Origin: Myxococcales bacterium
GTDB taxonomy: Bacteria > Myxococcota_A > UBA9042
Direction of reading: 5' to 3'
Assembly (NCBI GenBank): GCA_009692425.1
Contig: SHZF01000004.1
Coordinates: 10,175-74,174, forward strand
DNA: 64,000 nucleotides
The notes below the pieces were generated by a model, which was not told the origin of the DNA, did not search any database, and saw only the letters and a program-made list of their open reading frames with translations. Shown here in pieces: positions 46,304 through 56,491 of the stretch. The position numbers and the translations under genes are program-made. Each line of letters begins with the position of its first letter. Positions within the stretch are counted from its first letter, which is position 1.

Positions 46304-48283
46304 TTGCTCACTTTCGGTATCGCAGGCCACGTCGATCACGGCAAGACCTCGCTGGTGCGGGCCTTGACCGGCATCGAAACTGACCGCCTGCCCGAGGAGC
46401 GCCGGCGCGGCATCAGCATCGAACTCGGCTTTGCGTTCTTCGACGCGCCCCTGCCCCAAGGTGGGGTCGAGCGCGTCGGCATCGTCGACATGCCGGGGCA
46501 CGAGCGCTTCGTGCGGCGCATGATCGCGGGCGCCGCCGGGATCGATGCGGTGCTCTTGGTCGTGGCCGCGGACGAAGGCGCCATGCCTCAGGGCCGCGAG
46601 CACCTGTCCATCTGCCGCCTGTTGGGGCTGCGCCACGGCGCCGTCGTGCTGACGAAGACGGACCTCGTCGATGCGGACATGATCGAACTGGCGCGCGACG
46701 ACGCGGCCGAACTGGTGGCCGGCACGTTCCTGGGTTCGGCGCCGGTGTTCGCCTGTTCCGTGAGACAGGACGAATCGATCGAGGCGTTGCGCCGCGATCT
46801 GGGCGGCTTCGTCCAGCGCCTGCGCGACGGGGAAGCGACGCGCCTCGACGGGTTGCGGTCGCGCCCGTTTCGGCTGGCCGTCGATCGCAGCTTCACGGTG
46901 GCGGGCCGCGGCACCGTCGTGGCCGGCACGCAAGCAACGGGGCAACTGCGCGCCGAAGATCAAGTCGAAGTGCTGCCCCAGGGCGCGATCTGGCGCGTTC
47001 GCGGCCTCGAGCGCCACGGCGCACTGGTGGACCTTGCCGAAGCGCCCGGACGCCTTGCGGTCAACCTGGCCGCCGCCGCCGTGGCCGACGTGCCGGTGGG
47101 CGCGGTCCTGGCGCGGCCAGGCAGCTTGACCGTCACCGATCGGTTTGATGCGAGGCTGTCCCTGCTGCCGCACGCGGAAGCCGCGCTGCCCGTGCGCAAG
47201 CGCGCGACCGTGCACCTCGGCACGACGCAGATCGAGGCGACCTTGGTGCAACTCTCCAACCAGCCGCAGGCGCCGGGGACCGAAGCGTACGTCCAGGTCC
47301 GGCTCGACGCCCGAACGGCGGTGGCGGCGGACGAAGGCTTCGTGGTGCGCGGCAGCCATGCCGACGCGCGCCACGGTCAGACGTTTGCTGGCGGCCGCGT
47401 GCTGCACCCCGCACCGCGCCGGCATCGATTGGGCGACGAGAGCGTGCTGGCGGCACTCGAAGCGATCGCGAGCGCAGGACCCGAAGCAGCCTTGGGTGCC
47501 CTCGTCGGGCTCGCGGGTGTGCGCGGCATGGCCGACGCCGAAACGGAACGTGCCTCGGCGCTGGCGCCGGTCCAGGTGCACAAGGTTGCCAAGGCGCTGC
47601 TCGCAACGGGCCGCCTGCGCCGGGTCGGCTCACCGCCGCGCTGGTACAGTCCGGCCGCATTCGCGGAACTCGAGGGCAAGGTGATCGACGCGGCGACGCG
47701 CTTTCACGCCCAGTTCGCCGCGCGGCCGGGCCCGGAGCCAGACAGCCTGCACCCGGCCGTCGGTGCCTGGCTCGACGCGAGCGCGACGAGTGCTTTGGTG
47801 CAGGGTCTGCTGCGGCGCGGCACGCTTGTGGCGCGCGGGTCGGCGGTGGCGTTGCCTGGATTCGAGCCCACGGCGACCGCACGGCCCGAACTGGTGGATG
47901 CCCTCGTGCGGCGACTCGACGCCCAAGGCCTCGCCGTCGAGAGCCCAGTTGAGTTGTCCATCGGGCTCGCTGCCGACGTCCGCGACGTGCTCGCTGCGTT
48001 GGCTGCGGCGACGGCTGACGGGCGCCTGCTGCGCGTAGCCCAAGACATGCACGTGGCGACCGCGCGTGCACGGTCGGCGGCCGACAGCGTGATCGCGGCC
48101 TTTGCTGCCCGCGACAATTTCGCCACCGGCGAGTTGAAGGACTTGCTCGGCCTTACGCGCAAACACCTGATTCCATTTGCAGAATGGCTCGATCAGGCCA
48201 AGATCACGGTGCGCGATCCGGCGGGCAATCGGCGGATTCGCGAACGGGCGCTGCAGGCGTGGCGCGAGCGACAGGTGCCGTAG
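46304..48283 (+). CDS. selB: Selenocysteine-specific translation elongation factor SelB (TTG start inferred)
   Basis: GIAGHVDHGKTS, DMPGHERF, TKTDL GTPase motifs, followed by ~400 aa of winged-helix-like C-terminal domains. GAGGA RBS 6 nt upstream of TTG 46304. No ATG/GTG in frame between the upstream stop and the G1 motif. Confidence 0.82.
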   Translation: MLTFGIAGHVDHGKTSLVRALTGIETDRLPEERRRGISIELGFAFFDAPLPQGGVERVGIVDMPGHERFVRRMIAGAAGIDAVLLVVAADEGAMPQGREHLSICRLLGLRHGAVVLTKTDLVDADMIELARDDAAELVAGTFLGSAPVFACSVRQDESIEALRRDLGGFVQRLRDGEATRLDGLRSRPFRLAVDRSFTVAGRGTVVAGTQATGQLRAEDQVEVLPQGAIWRVRGLERHGALVDLAEAPGRLAVNLAAAAVADVPVGAVLARPGSLTVTDRFDARLSLLPHAEAALPVRKRATVHLGTTQIEATLVQLSNQPQAPGTEAYVQVRLDARTAVAADEGFVVRGSHADARHGQTFAGGRVLHPAPRRHRLGDESVLAALEAIASAGPEAALGALVGLAGVRGMADAETERASALAPVQVHKVAKALLATGRLRRVGSPPRWYSPAAFAELEGKVIDAATRFHAQFAARPGPEPDSLHPAVGAWLDASATSALVQGLLRRGTLVARGSAVALPGFEPTATARPELVDALVRRLDAQGLAVESPVELSIGLAADVRDVLAALAAATADGRLLRVAQDMHVATARARSAADSVIAAFAARDNFATGELKDLLGLTRKHLIPFAEWLDQAKITVRDPAGNRRIRERALQAWRERQVP

Positions 48284-48299
48284 CGTCGGCTGGGCGAGG

Positions 48300-48767
48300 T
48301 CAGAGCGGGCCGGGCACTGCAGGCTTGCCCTTTGCCTTCAATCCCTTGTCCGACCCTGCGCCCGCTGTTTTTTCCGGCGCGTCGCCCGCGTCGGCCCCGG
48401 ACAGCGGCAAACTGGGCTCGCCGGGCGCGGGACTGGCGCCGTAGGGCACCGGCGTCCAATCCTGCCAGCGCTCGTTCAGGCGCAGCCTCATGCGCGTCGG
48501 CGCATAGCCACGATGTTCCAACTGGTTGACGAAGCGCTGCAACAGGTTGTCGAAGTCCGGTGCCTCGCGGATGATGAACTGGATCACCAGGTGAAACGGG
48601 TCAGAGCACTGGGTTTCAGCGAACAATTTCTTGCGCTTGCGCTCCTCCTTCTCGAAGACCGTGACCTGAAAGATGAGGTCGCGGCCGAGTTTGGAGGCTT
48701 CCAACTGAAAGCGGGTGTGCTCAGTGATCACGGCCGGGATTGTGGCGAGCTGGCGCGTCTGGGTCAA
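48300..48767 (-). CDS. Hypothetical protein (155 aa) with a lysine-rich patch and a disordered C-terminus; TTG start per the track
   Basis: Complete ORF with a locally lower-GC, protein-like sequence (FQVTVFEKEERKRKKLFAETQ); no family recognised. Confidence 0.4.
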   Translation of the reverse strand: MTQTRQLATIPAVITEHTRFQLEASKLGRDLIFQVTVFEKEERKRKKLFAETQCSDPFHLVIQFIIREAPDFDNLLQRFVNQLEHRGYAPTRMRLRLNERWQDWTPVPYGASPAPGEPSLPLSGADAGDAPEKTAGAGSDKGLKAKGKPAVPGPL

Positions 48768-48823
48768 GGGCCCAATGCCCCCGGATCCGCCACCGACTCC
48801 CTTCGCCGGCCGCCCGTCGCCCG

Positions 48824-49795
48824 CTACGGCGTCGGCGCCTTGCCCGCCCGTTCCTCCGCGTACAGGAACGCCGACACGCCCGAAAACGCCAGCGCCGCCG
48901 AAATCTGCGTGCAGTTGCCCTTGGCGTCCGGCGCGAGGTCGCCCATCCCATCGACGAGCACCGACACCATCTCGATGATGCTCGGCTGGTCCTTGGCGCC
49001 GGTCAGCGCGATCTTCTCGATGCTCGAAAACGTGATGCCGCCTCCGAAAAGACCCGCCTCGATGCGGCGCTCGTCGATGAGCCTTGCCCGCACCCGCGCC
49101 GCGCGCACCTCGAGCACGTAGAGATTGCCGAACACGGACACCGGTACATCGACGTCGAAGGGCCCTGCGTCGAGCGTCCCGCCCTTGACGACCGCTGGCG
49201 CCGCGACCTTCTCCGGCGAATCGGACCGCAGGTGAAAGGTCTGACCGCTCAGCAGCTTCTTGTCCGTGCCGAGCAGGGGCATGCCCTGGCCGGCGCGCAG
49301 CGTCACCTTGACGTCGGTGTCGTCGACGAACGAGTCCAGGCCATCGACCTGCAACATGAGCAGCACACCGCCGTTGTCGATGCTCGCCTGCAGCAACCCC
49401 TCGAACGCCTGCAACCCCGACTTCTCGATCACCGGAACGAGCAAGGCAAACTGGTTGTCGATGCCCGGCTGGCCGTCGGGCGCGGTGAAGTCACCCTTGC
49501 CGCAGGACGCGGCGTCACCGTCGGGCGTGACTTTGCCGTCAACGTCGAAGCCGGGCGCCTTGCCGTCTTTCTGGACGCGCGTGAACGTCACGGAGTCGAA
49601 GACGTACAGGCGCCGGGTCACCACCTTCGCCGCAGCCGCAGCGTCGGTCTTGGCTCCCGCGTCGGCGGGAACGCCACCTGTGTCGGCGGTTTGCGGCGAC
49701 GCGGCGGGAGCCGTGCCACAAGCCGTCGTGACGGTCGCCAGCACGAAGGCGACCTCCAGCGACCGGGTGCGAAGTACCTGGCATGGCTCCCGCAT
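48824..49795 (-). CDS. Hypothetical lipoprotein
   Basis: Signal and lipobox ...LATVTTAC; coding-like composition. Confidence 0.55.
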   Translation of the reverse strand: MREPCQVLRTRSLEVAFVLATVTTACGTAPAASPQTADTGGVPADAGAKTDAAAAAKVVTRRLYVFDSVTFTRVQKDGKAPGFDVDGKVTPDGDAASCGKGDFTAPDGQPGIDNQFALLVPVIEKSGLQAFEGLLQASIDNGGVLLMLQVDGLDSFVDDTDVKVTLRAGQGMPLLGTDKKLLSGQTFHLRSDSPEKVAAPAVVKGGTLDAGPFDVDVPVSVFGNLYVLEVRAARVRARLIDERRIEAGLFGGGITFSSIEKIALTGAKDQPSIIEMVSVLVDGMGDLAPDAKGNCTQISAALAFSGVSAFLYAEERAGKAPTP

Positions 49796-49869
49796 GGTCT
49801 TCTCCCATTCGCTCGCCGCGAGCCCTCGATCCGATTCGGCGGGCTTTGGTATCAGAGGACTCCCGGCGC

Positions 49870-51192
49870 TCAGGCTTCAATCGCCCCGAGGCCGTCCTTC
49901 GTTTGCGCGTCATCGACCCCGAACGAGGCAAGGTCGAGACCGACGGCACGACAGATCGACAGCAGCACCTTCGACGTGTTCTCGCTGGCCGGGCTGCGGT
50001 AGTGCACGTTCGTCTTCAGCTTGCCGCCCGCCGACCCCGCCAGCACGAGCGGGAACTCCTCGAGCGAATGGACCTTGCCGAAGCTCACGTCCGACGTGCC
50101 GAGCACGACCATGTGGTCGAGCAGCGTGCCGGCGCCCTCCTGGACAGCCGCGAGCGCTTCGAGTTGCGCCGCCAGCGCCGCGATGCAGTGCAGCGTGATC
50201 GCGTGGACCTCCGGCTGCGGATTGCCCTCGTTATGTGTGAGTTCATGATGACCAGTCGAAGCACCTGGAAACAGGACATTGTTGACGGGCGCCGTGAACC
50301 AGTTCGAGAACACGCGGACCTGATCGCACGCCAGCGCATAGGCGCTGATCTCCGCGAACGCCTTGTTCTTTTCGGCCAGTTGCGGCCGCCCCGCAACGTC
50401 GGGAAAGTCGGCCGGGGGTGTCGCCGGCACCTTGCACGCGTCGAGCTTGGGTGGCGACTCCTGCAGGCGGGCGAGCCGATTTTCGAGCGCACGCACGCCT
50501 TCGAAGTGCTGGTCGAGCCGCTTCTGGTCCGCGGCGCCAACCTGGGCACGGATCGCCTGCATCTGTTGGCCGACTGCGTCGAGCACGCTGCGGCGCAAGG
50601 CGAGCGTCGGGTCGATCTTGGGGGTGTCGCCGGGCTTCGTGAACCCCTGAACGAAGACGCGCTGGTAGAGGGCGAAGGGAGACGATTCCGGCGGGTTGCG
50701 GCTGTTCGGTCCGTTCCACGAGTGGCCGTCGCCGGGCTTGGCGCCGAATTCGAGCGAGCGGAAGCGCGTATCGGCTCCCAGCTTCGCCGCGATCAACTGG
50801 TCAAGGCTCGGCCCGGCAAATGAGTGGTTGCTGCCCTGGACGATCAAGGGCCGCCCCGACAGGACGCCGGCGGCTCCCGACGTGTGGGGCACGTCGTTGG
50901 GCACGCCGAGCTTGGTGCCCGTGATCACGGCGAGGCGGTTCTTGAAGGGGGCCAGCGCCTGCAACTGGTCGGAGAGTTCCCAGTCGGCCTGGCTGGCCTT
51001 CGGTGTCCAGCGTTCGGGCAGCATGCCGTTGCCCCAGAAGAACAGGCCGAAGCGGCGCGGAAACCCGTCGTCGCCTCCGGCCGCGTATGCCGTGCCGTGC
51101 GCGTTGAGAAAGCGCTCCAGCGGCGGCAGGCCGACTGCGACCACGGCACCGCCGAGGAGGCCCTTGAGCAACGTGCGGCGGTGCAGGCTCAT
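49870..51192 (-). CDS. DUF1552 domain protein with a Tat-type signal
   Basis: MSLHRRTLLKGLLGG twin-arginine signal, GASTGHHELTH. Its start overlaps the upstream stop in ATGA (51189-51192). Confidence 0.78.
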   Translation of the reverse strand: MSLHRRTLLKGLLGGAVVAVGLPPLERFLNAHGTAYAAGGDDGFPRRFGLFFWGNGMLPERWTPKASQADWELSDQLQALAPFKNRLAVITGTKLGVPNDVPHTSGAAGVLSGRPLIVQGSNHSFAGPSLDQLIAAKLGADTRFRSLEFGAKPGDGHSWNGPNSRNPPESSPFALYQRVFVQGFTKPGDTPKIDPTLALRRSVLDAVGQQMQAIRAQVGAADQKRLDQHFEGVRALENRLARLQESPPKLDACKVPATPPADFPDVAGRPQLAEKNKAFAEISAYALACDQVRVFSNWFTAPVNNVLFPGASTGHHELTHNEGNPQPEVHAITLHCIAALAAQLEALAAVQEGAGTLLDHMVVLGTSDVSFGKVHSLEEFPLVLAGSAGGKLKTNVHYRSPASENTSKVLLSICRAVGLDLASFGVDDAQTKDGLGAIEA

Positions 51193-52862
51193 GGGGTGGC
51201 TCCCGTCGGTGCCCCAGCGCCCACGCGCCGAAAGCCATCGGAGCGAGCGACGGCCCGCATCAACCCACGCAACCGCATTCCGCCAGACGCGAACGTGTCG
51301 GAGAGGCGGTCGATTTCGCCCGCTTCCCCGTCGGTCACAGGCCGGGCGACGGCAAACGCGTACAAGCGCTGCACCACGCAACGGCGGAACTTCGGGGACT
51401 GCGCGATCACCGCGCCCAGCGACGCGAGATCGGCAAAGGTGGCGCCGTCGAGCCGCCCCGACGTGTCGACCGGCGTGCCGGCATCCGTCGCGCGCCAGCG
51501 GCCGATGCCGTCGAAGCGTTCGAAGGCAAAGCCGATCGGGTCGAGGTACTTGTGGCACGAGGCACACGACTTGACGGCCATGTGGGCCTGCAGTCGCTCG
51601 CGCATGGTCTTTGCGGTCGTCGATGGTTCTGGCAGGGCGGTGTTCAGGCCTGCTGGCGGATTCGGCACGATGTCGCACAGCAGGTGCTTGCGTACGTACA
51701 TGCCGCGCAGGGTCGGTGAGGTCGAGATCGGGTGTGACGCGAGCGCGAGAAACGCCACCGTACCGAGCAACCCGCGCCGCTCCGGATGGACGGTGAGTGC
51801 GATGTCGGCAAAACCGGTGTCGGCCACGGCGGGTTCTTCATAGATCGCGGCAAGGCGGCGGTCGACGAAAGCGTGGTCCGAGGTCAGCAACTGGCGCAGG
51901 TCTCCGTCTTGATCGAGCGCGATATGCTCCACGCGGCGCAGCACCTCTTCGCGGGCGGACGCGCCGAGATCGGGGCTGAAGTGCTTGTAGACCTTGGGGT
52001 CCTTGTTAAGCGCGCCGAGTTCGTGGAGTTGCAGCCACTCGAGCGCAAACTGGCGCACGCCGCGGCGGGCCTTGGGGGCGGCGAGCAGGCGGTCGACTTC
52101 GGCCGCCCATGCTTGGGCGTCGTCGAGCTTGCCGGCCGCGGCAGCATCGAGCAGTGCGTCGTCGGGCGGCCCGTTCCAGACAAAAAACGCCAGCCGACCG
52201 GCGCGTTCGAGGCCGGTCAGCCGGCGCCCACCCTGGACCGACGGGTCCGGCTCACCGCGCTCGACGCGATACAAGAACGCGGGCGCCTGCAGCAGCGGGA
52301 CTAGCGCCCACTGGACGGCGTGCGCCACGGTGCCGAGCGCCTTGCCGGCGGCCAGCGCGGTCTGCACGATCGCGGCCGTCTCCGCCCCCGTCAGCGGCCG
52401 TCGCCACAGCCGCCGGCCGACCTTGGCCACGAACGCGCCGAGACACGTCGCGTCCTCGGGTCCGATCGGCGTACACGGCAGCAGGGCTTGCAGCCGCGCG
52501 GGCTCCGCGGCGACCTGGGCGGCCAGGCTGCGGGCGGCGTCTTCGTAAAGTTCGACGCCGCGTGGACTGACCTGCGCCACGGACGCACCGACCGCGAGCA
52601 GTTCGTCGTAGGGCGGGTCGGGCTCAAGCTGCGGCGGCAACGTGAGCCCGCCACCGAGCACATCGACAACCGTGTTGTCGAAGTGGGCGCGCGTCAACCG
52701 GGGCAGGGCCGGCGGCGCGGGCACGAGCACCGGATAGGCTTCAGCGACCCCGGCAGGTTCTGCCGCAGGGTCGCTGCACGCGCAGGCGATCGCCGCCCAC
52801 ACGGCGAGACAGGCACCGCTGATCGCGTCTGCAGCACGGGTGGACCGAACGGGAACAGCCAC
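51189..52862 (-). CDS. DUF1588/DUF1592-type protein, the usual partner of DUF1552
   Basis: CASCHKYLDPIGFAFE motif, lipoprotein-like N-terminus, and its pairing with the DUF1552 gene. Confidence 0.7.
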   Translation of the reverse strand: MAVPVRSTRAADAISGACLAVWAAIACACSDPAAEPAGVAEAYPVLVPAPPALPRLTRAHFDNTVVDVLGGGLTLPPQLEPDPPYDELLAVGASVAQVSPRGVELYEDAARSLAAQVAAEPARLQALLPCTPIGPEDATCLGAFVAKVGRRLWRRPLTGAETAAIVQTALAAGKALGTVAHAVQWALVPLLQAPAFLYRVERGEPDPSVQGGRRLTGLERAGRLAFFVWNGPPDDALLDAAAAGKLDDAQAWAAEVDRLLAAPKARRGVRQFALEWLQLHELGALNKDPKVYKHFSPDLGASAREEVLRRVEHIALDQDGDLRQLLTSDHAFVDRRLAAIYEEPAVADTGFADIALTVHPERRGLLGTVAFLALASHPISTSPTLRGMYVRKHLLCDIVPNPPAGLNTALPEPSTTAKTMRERLQAHMAVKSCASCHKYLDPIGFAFERFDGIGRWRATDAGTPVDTSGRLDGATFADLASLGAVIAQSPKFRRCVVQRLYAFAVARPVTDGEAGEIDRLSDTFASGGMRLRGLMRAVARSDGFRRVGAGAPTGATP

Positions 52863-53095
52863 GGACGACCTGTGCGCCCGGCACCGGCGGCGCGCACCGA
52901 GGTGTACCTTGGCGGAGCGAGGCGATCAAGCTGAGTCGCCTACCCCGATCCACCACCGACTCCCATCCCCGGCCGCCGAATTCGGATGCAGATCAAGGCG
53001 GAGCTAGGAAGCAGCGTGAAGACGTAGACCCGGTACTTCGAACGCCAATTCCGCAGCGGCAACGCAGAGCTGCACCGAAGGCGGCGGATCTGGGC

Positions 53096-54178
53096 CTAGT
53101 GCAGCGTCTCCTCGCCGCTTCCTTGCGCTGCGCCGAGGTGGGCGGCCGGCTCCAGCCGGTCGAAGTACAGGGCGACCCCGGCCTCGTGCAGGAGCGCCAT
53201 GGCCGACAGCGACGCGTCGCGCTCGCGCACGCCGTCGACCACGTTCTCCGCGATCTCGCGGCGGACGGCCGGATCGTCGAGCGTGGCCCTGCGGGCAGGA
53301 GTCAGGCGGTCGAGGCGCGGCACGTGCCAGCCAAACGGCGTGCGGATCGGCACGGCGGCGAGGGTGCCGGGCTGCAGCGCCACGACTGCCAACGCATACG
53401 GCTTGACCATGAGGTCGTAGCCCTTCTGCCGCTCGTAGGGCTTGGACGGGTCATAGTAGAAATCGACGTGGGCGCCCGTGCAATTGGGGAAGGCATCGGC
53501 CCACGACGCCAGCCGTGCCGTCATCTCGAGGCCCGTCGCGGGCGGGTCGATTGCCAGGCGCTGGGCGAGGCGCTCCGCCTGCGGCTCCAGCTTGTCGATG
53601 CAGGCACGCACGTCTTCCCGCGCTTCGCACTCGCGCGCATCGCCTTGGCAGCACAGACACTGTGCCTCGGTCGTGCCGTACGCGGCCACGTGCGAGAACT
53701 TCTCATGCACCGCGGGCTGCCTGAACGCATAGGTGAGGTCCGCGAGCGAGATCTGGTCCGGGCCGAAGCGCTCCTCGTGGCTACGGCGCAGCAGGCGCGC
53801 GACCATGGCCTGGGCGTGCAGGTGGGCCAGTTCGTGGTTCCAGCCCCCGGCAGCGTGCGCGGCCGCAGCGAGCAGTTCGGCGTCGACAAGTGCCTGCAAG
53901 GTGGCGCGCACCGGCGTGCCAGCGGCCATGTGGCGTTGGGTGGCGCGGAGTTGGCGCCCGGTGATGGTGACGCCGTCCACGCACGCGACCAAGTCAGGTG
54001 CCACAACGCCGGGCTTGCAGGCGCCCACGGCCCAAGGGCGGTGGGGGTGCCCGGCTGCAGGCAACTGCGGCGGCGCAACGGTCAGGGAGGGGCGCTCGGC
54101 CACGGGCGCAGGGGCGGCGCACCCAATCACGCCGCAGGCAATCGTGCAGGCCAAGGTTGCGGTCGCGAAGGCATTCAT
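53096..54178 (-). CDS. Lipoprotein with a probable parvulin-type peptidyl-prolyl isomerase domain
   Basis: Signal MNAFATATLACTIAC. ...AVPIRTPFGWHVPRL resembles the parvulin F-G-(Y/W)-H block. The track ORF starts 70 codons upstream in Arg-rich sequence, which I reject. Confidence 0.5.
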   Translation of the reverse strand: MNAFATATLACTIACGVIGCAAPAPVAERPSLTVAPPQLPAAGHPHRPWAVGACKPGVVAPDLVACVDGVTITGRQLRATQRHMAAGTPVRATLQALVDAELLAAAAHAAGGWNHELAHLHAQAMVARLLRRSHEERFGPDQISLADLTYAFRQPAVHEKFSHVAAYGTTEAQCLCCQGDARECEAREDVRACIDKLEPQAERLAQRLAIDPPATGLEMTARLASWADAFPNCTGAHVDFYYDPSKPYERQKGYDLMVKPYALAVVALQPGTLAAVPIRTPFGWHVPRLDRLTPARRATLDDPAVRREIAENVVDGVRERDASLSAMALLHEAGVALYFDRLEPAAHLGAAQGSGEETLH

Positions 54179-54397
54179 GCAGAGGGGTTCCGTGGCGGCG
54201 TGGCCGCATCGACGAGATCCACGCCGCTGCGCGCGGCAACCCAAGTCAAGCCGCCCAGCAGCGTGCCGGCGAGGTAATCGTGGATGGCGATCGCATCGAG
54301 CGCGAGCGCGAGCGGCCACAAAGACGCCAAGGCCAGGCCCAGCCCGACGAACCGCACGCCCCACGCGCTGGCCGATGTCATCGCGCACCCCGCCCGC

Positions 54398-55105
54398 TCA
54401 TTGAACCCGCCACAGCCACAGCAGTCCACCGCACAGCCCGACCCACGCCACGCGCCGACCGACCCGCAGCGGCCACGTCTCGGCACCCCCGGCCGCGCGG
54501 CGCACGTGGGTGTCGGGCCGCAACGGTACCCTGCGCACGGCTAACCAACACAACGCGGCGGCAGCAACGCGCACTGCGCGGGCCCCTTCGTCGGCGGCAG
54601 CCAGCGCTACACCGAACCAGGCGATCCCCATGAATAGCGCAGCGAGCGCCCACGTCAACCCTGCCGGCGCAGCGTCGAGCAGCAGCCGTGAGGGCCGCGG
54701 CAGCATGCTCCACAACGAGGTCTGCGGCCGCTCCACGCGCCAGCACGCGGCGATCAAGCCAAGCGCCAGTGCCGCGTGCAGCAGGCCTTGCGTGGCCCCG
54801 AGCGCGCGCGGCCCGACGAGGATCGGGCAGGCGACGAGAAGCGGCAGCGGACCACACAGGCCTGCGCCGAGCACCGCCAACGCCTCGCCGCTGAGCGCCG
54901 TGGCTCCGAGCAGCACCGGTCCAGCCGCGAGTAGCAGGCCGACGGCAGGTCGATCGAGGCCGTCGTCGGGCCACAGGAACGCATAGGGCACCGCGGCGAC
55001 CGCAGCCCACAGCACGCCCGCCCACGCGAGCGGCCGGGCGAGTCGGCGCACCCGACCGATCAGGATGCGGGCGTGCTTGAGGATCGGTCGCGTCCCGGGC
55101 AGCAT
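54398..55105 (-). CDS. Possible polytopic membrane protein (low confidence; could be a GC-frame artefact)
   Basis: Several hydrophobic 20-aa segments in the 54398..55207 ORF; the overlapping 54378..55130 ORF is Arg-rich garbage. Confidence 0.3.
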   Translation of the reverse strand: MLPGTRPILKHARILIGRVRRLARPLAWAGVLWAAVAAVPYAFLWPDDGLDRPAVGLLLAAGPVLLGATALSGEALAVLGAGLCGPLPLLVACPILVGPRALGATQGLLHAALALGLIAACWRVERPQTSLWSMLPRPSRLLLDAAPAGLTWALAALFMGIAWFGVALAAADEGARAVRVAAAALCWLAVRRVPLRPDTHVRRAAGGAETWPLRVGRRVAWVGLCGGLLWLWRVQ

Positions 55106-55113
55106 GGAGCGGC

Positions 55114-55851
55114 ATGATAGCGCGCTCCACCCCAACCGGAACCCCTGTTGCCCCGCACGCGCCGTGCGGTGGTCAAGGTGGTGCCGCAGCGGGCAGGCGC
55201 GGGGCACGCAACCGACACTCGCGCTGGCTTGCTGCGGCCAGTGCCGCCGTGCTGCTCGGTAGCTTTCCCGTGGCCGTCCACGGACGCGACATGACGGGCA
55301 AGGGGGGCCTCGGGCTGCTGTGGAGCCAGGGCTCGGTGCCGGTGATGACCCTGCGCTACTGGCGGACCGACTTCGCGATCGAGGCCCTGGCGGGCATGGA
55401 ACGCCACATCGAGGCGCCCAGCCCGCCCCCGCTGGGCTCCGCGGCGACCGTGATCGAACCGGCGGCCACGGCGGTGCGCGTGGCGCTGGGCGCCCTGTAC
55501 CGCATCGGCGACCAGCCGCACACGTCCCTGCTGATCGGGGCGCGTCCGTGGGTCCACATCACTTACGAAACCAAGGTCGTGCGCCGCTATGATGCCAACG
55601 GCAGCAGCACGACGGATGCGCAAACGGGCGAATCGACGCCGGTGCACTTCGGCGTGGACCTGCCGCTCGTCGCAGAGTTGTTTCTCAACGATCACTTTGG
55701 CCTGCTGGGAAGCGTCGCGCTGAGCGTGCGCTTTGGTGCTCCGACGGAAGCGGCACCGCGCCAACTCGCCAGCCGCGCCGGCGGGGGTTCGTGGCTCGTC
55801 GAACTCGGCGGGGGCTGGGCCGGTGGGCTGGGTGCCGTGTTCTATTTCTGA
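55114..55851 (+). CDS. Small outer-membrane beta-barrel protein; start uncertain
   Basis: Signal-like AAVLLGSFPVAVHG; alternating-hydrophobic beta-strand pattern; C-terminal GAVFYF. Confidence 0.45.
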   Translation: MIARSTPTGTPVAPHAPCGGQGGAAAGRRGARNRHSRWLAAASAAVLLGSFPVAVHGRDMTGKGGLGLLWSQGSVPVMTLRYWRTDFAIEALAGMERHIEAPSPPPLGSAATVIEPAATAVRVALGALYRIGDQPHTSLLIGARPWVHITYETKVVRRYDANGSSTTDAQTGESTPVHFGVDLPLVAELFLNDHFGLLGSVALSVRFGAPTEAAPRQLASRAGGGSWLVELGGGWAGGLGAVFYF

Positions 55852-55968
55852 CGAGCCCTGCTCGGCTTCTATTTCTGACGAGCCCGGCGCAGCCGGTTCT
55901 GACGGGGCTCTTTGTGATGGGCCCTGTGCTGCTGACCTCGTCCGTTGCCCGACCCGGAACGGTTCCCC

Positions 55969-56433
55969 ATGCACATCGCGCTGTACGAACCCGAAATCCC
56001 CGGCAACACCGGCAGCATCGGCCGGGTGTGCTTGGGCACCGGCTGCGCGCTGCACCTGATCGGCCGCCTCGGCTTTTCGCTGGACGAGAAGTACGTGCGA
56101 CGCGCCGGCCTCGACTACTGGCAGCACGTGGACGTGACGTGCCATGCCGATCTCGCCGCCTTCGTCGCCGCGCTGCCGGGGCGGCGCCTGTGGTGGTTCT
56201 CCGCGCGCGGAGGCCTGCGCTATGACGAGGCTCGCTACGGCCCCGACGACGTCCTGGTTTTCGGGGGCGAGACGCGCGGCTTTCCGCCTGCCGTGCGCGA
56301 CCAGGCAGGCGGCGACGGCGCCATGGTGCGGCTGCCGATGCGCGGGGCGATCCGCAGCCTGAACCTCGCCAACGCGGTGACGGCGGTCGTATACGAAGCG
56401 TGGCGGCAGAACGGTTTCCCTGGCAGCGCCTGA
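55969..56433 (+). CDS. trmL: tRNA (cytidine/uridine-2'-O)-methyltransferase TrmL (SpoU family)
   Basis: MHIALYEPEIPGNTGSIGRVC..., LVFGGETRG, SLNLANAVTAVVYE. Confidence 0.85.
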   Translation: MHIALYEPEIPGNTGSIGRVCLGTGCALHLIGRLGFSLDEKYVRRAGLDYWQHVDVTCHADLAAFVAALPGRRLWWFSARGGLRYDEARYGPDDVLVFGGETRGFPPAVRDQAGGDGAMVRLPMRGAIRSLNLANAVTAVVYEAWRQNGFPGSA

Positions 56434-56491
56434 GAACTGGCGCGCATCACAGGACCTCTGCCAAGCTGGACGGCGCCGGCGGTGCCCGGCG

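Noticed and set aside
54378-55130. 250-aa minus-strand ORF overlapping the putative membrane protein
   Set aside because: Extremely Arg/Gly/Ala-rich with no hydrophobic or motif content; it is an alternative-frame artefact.
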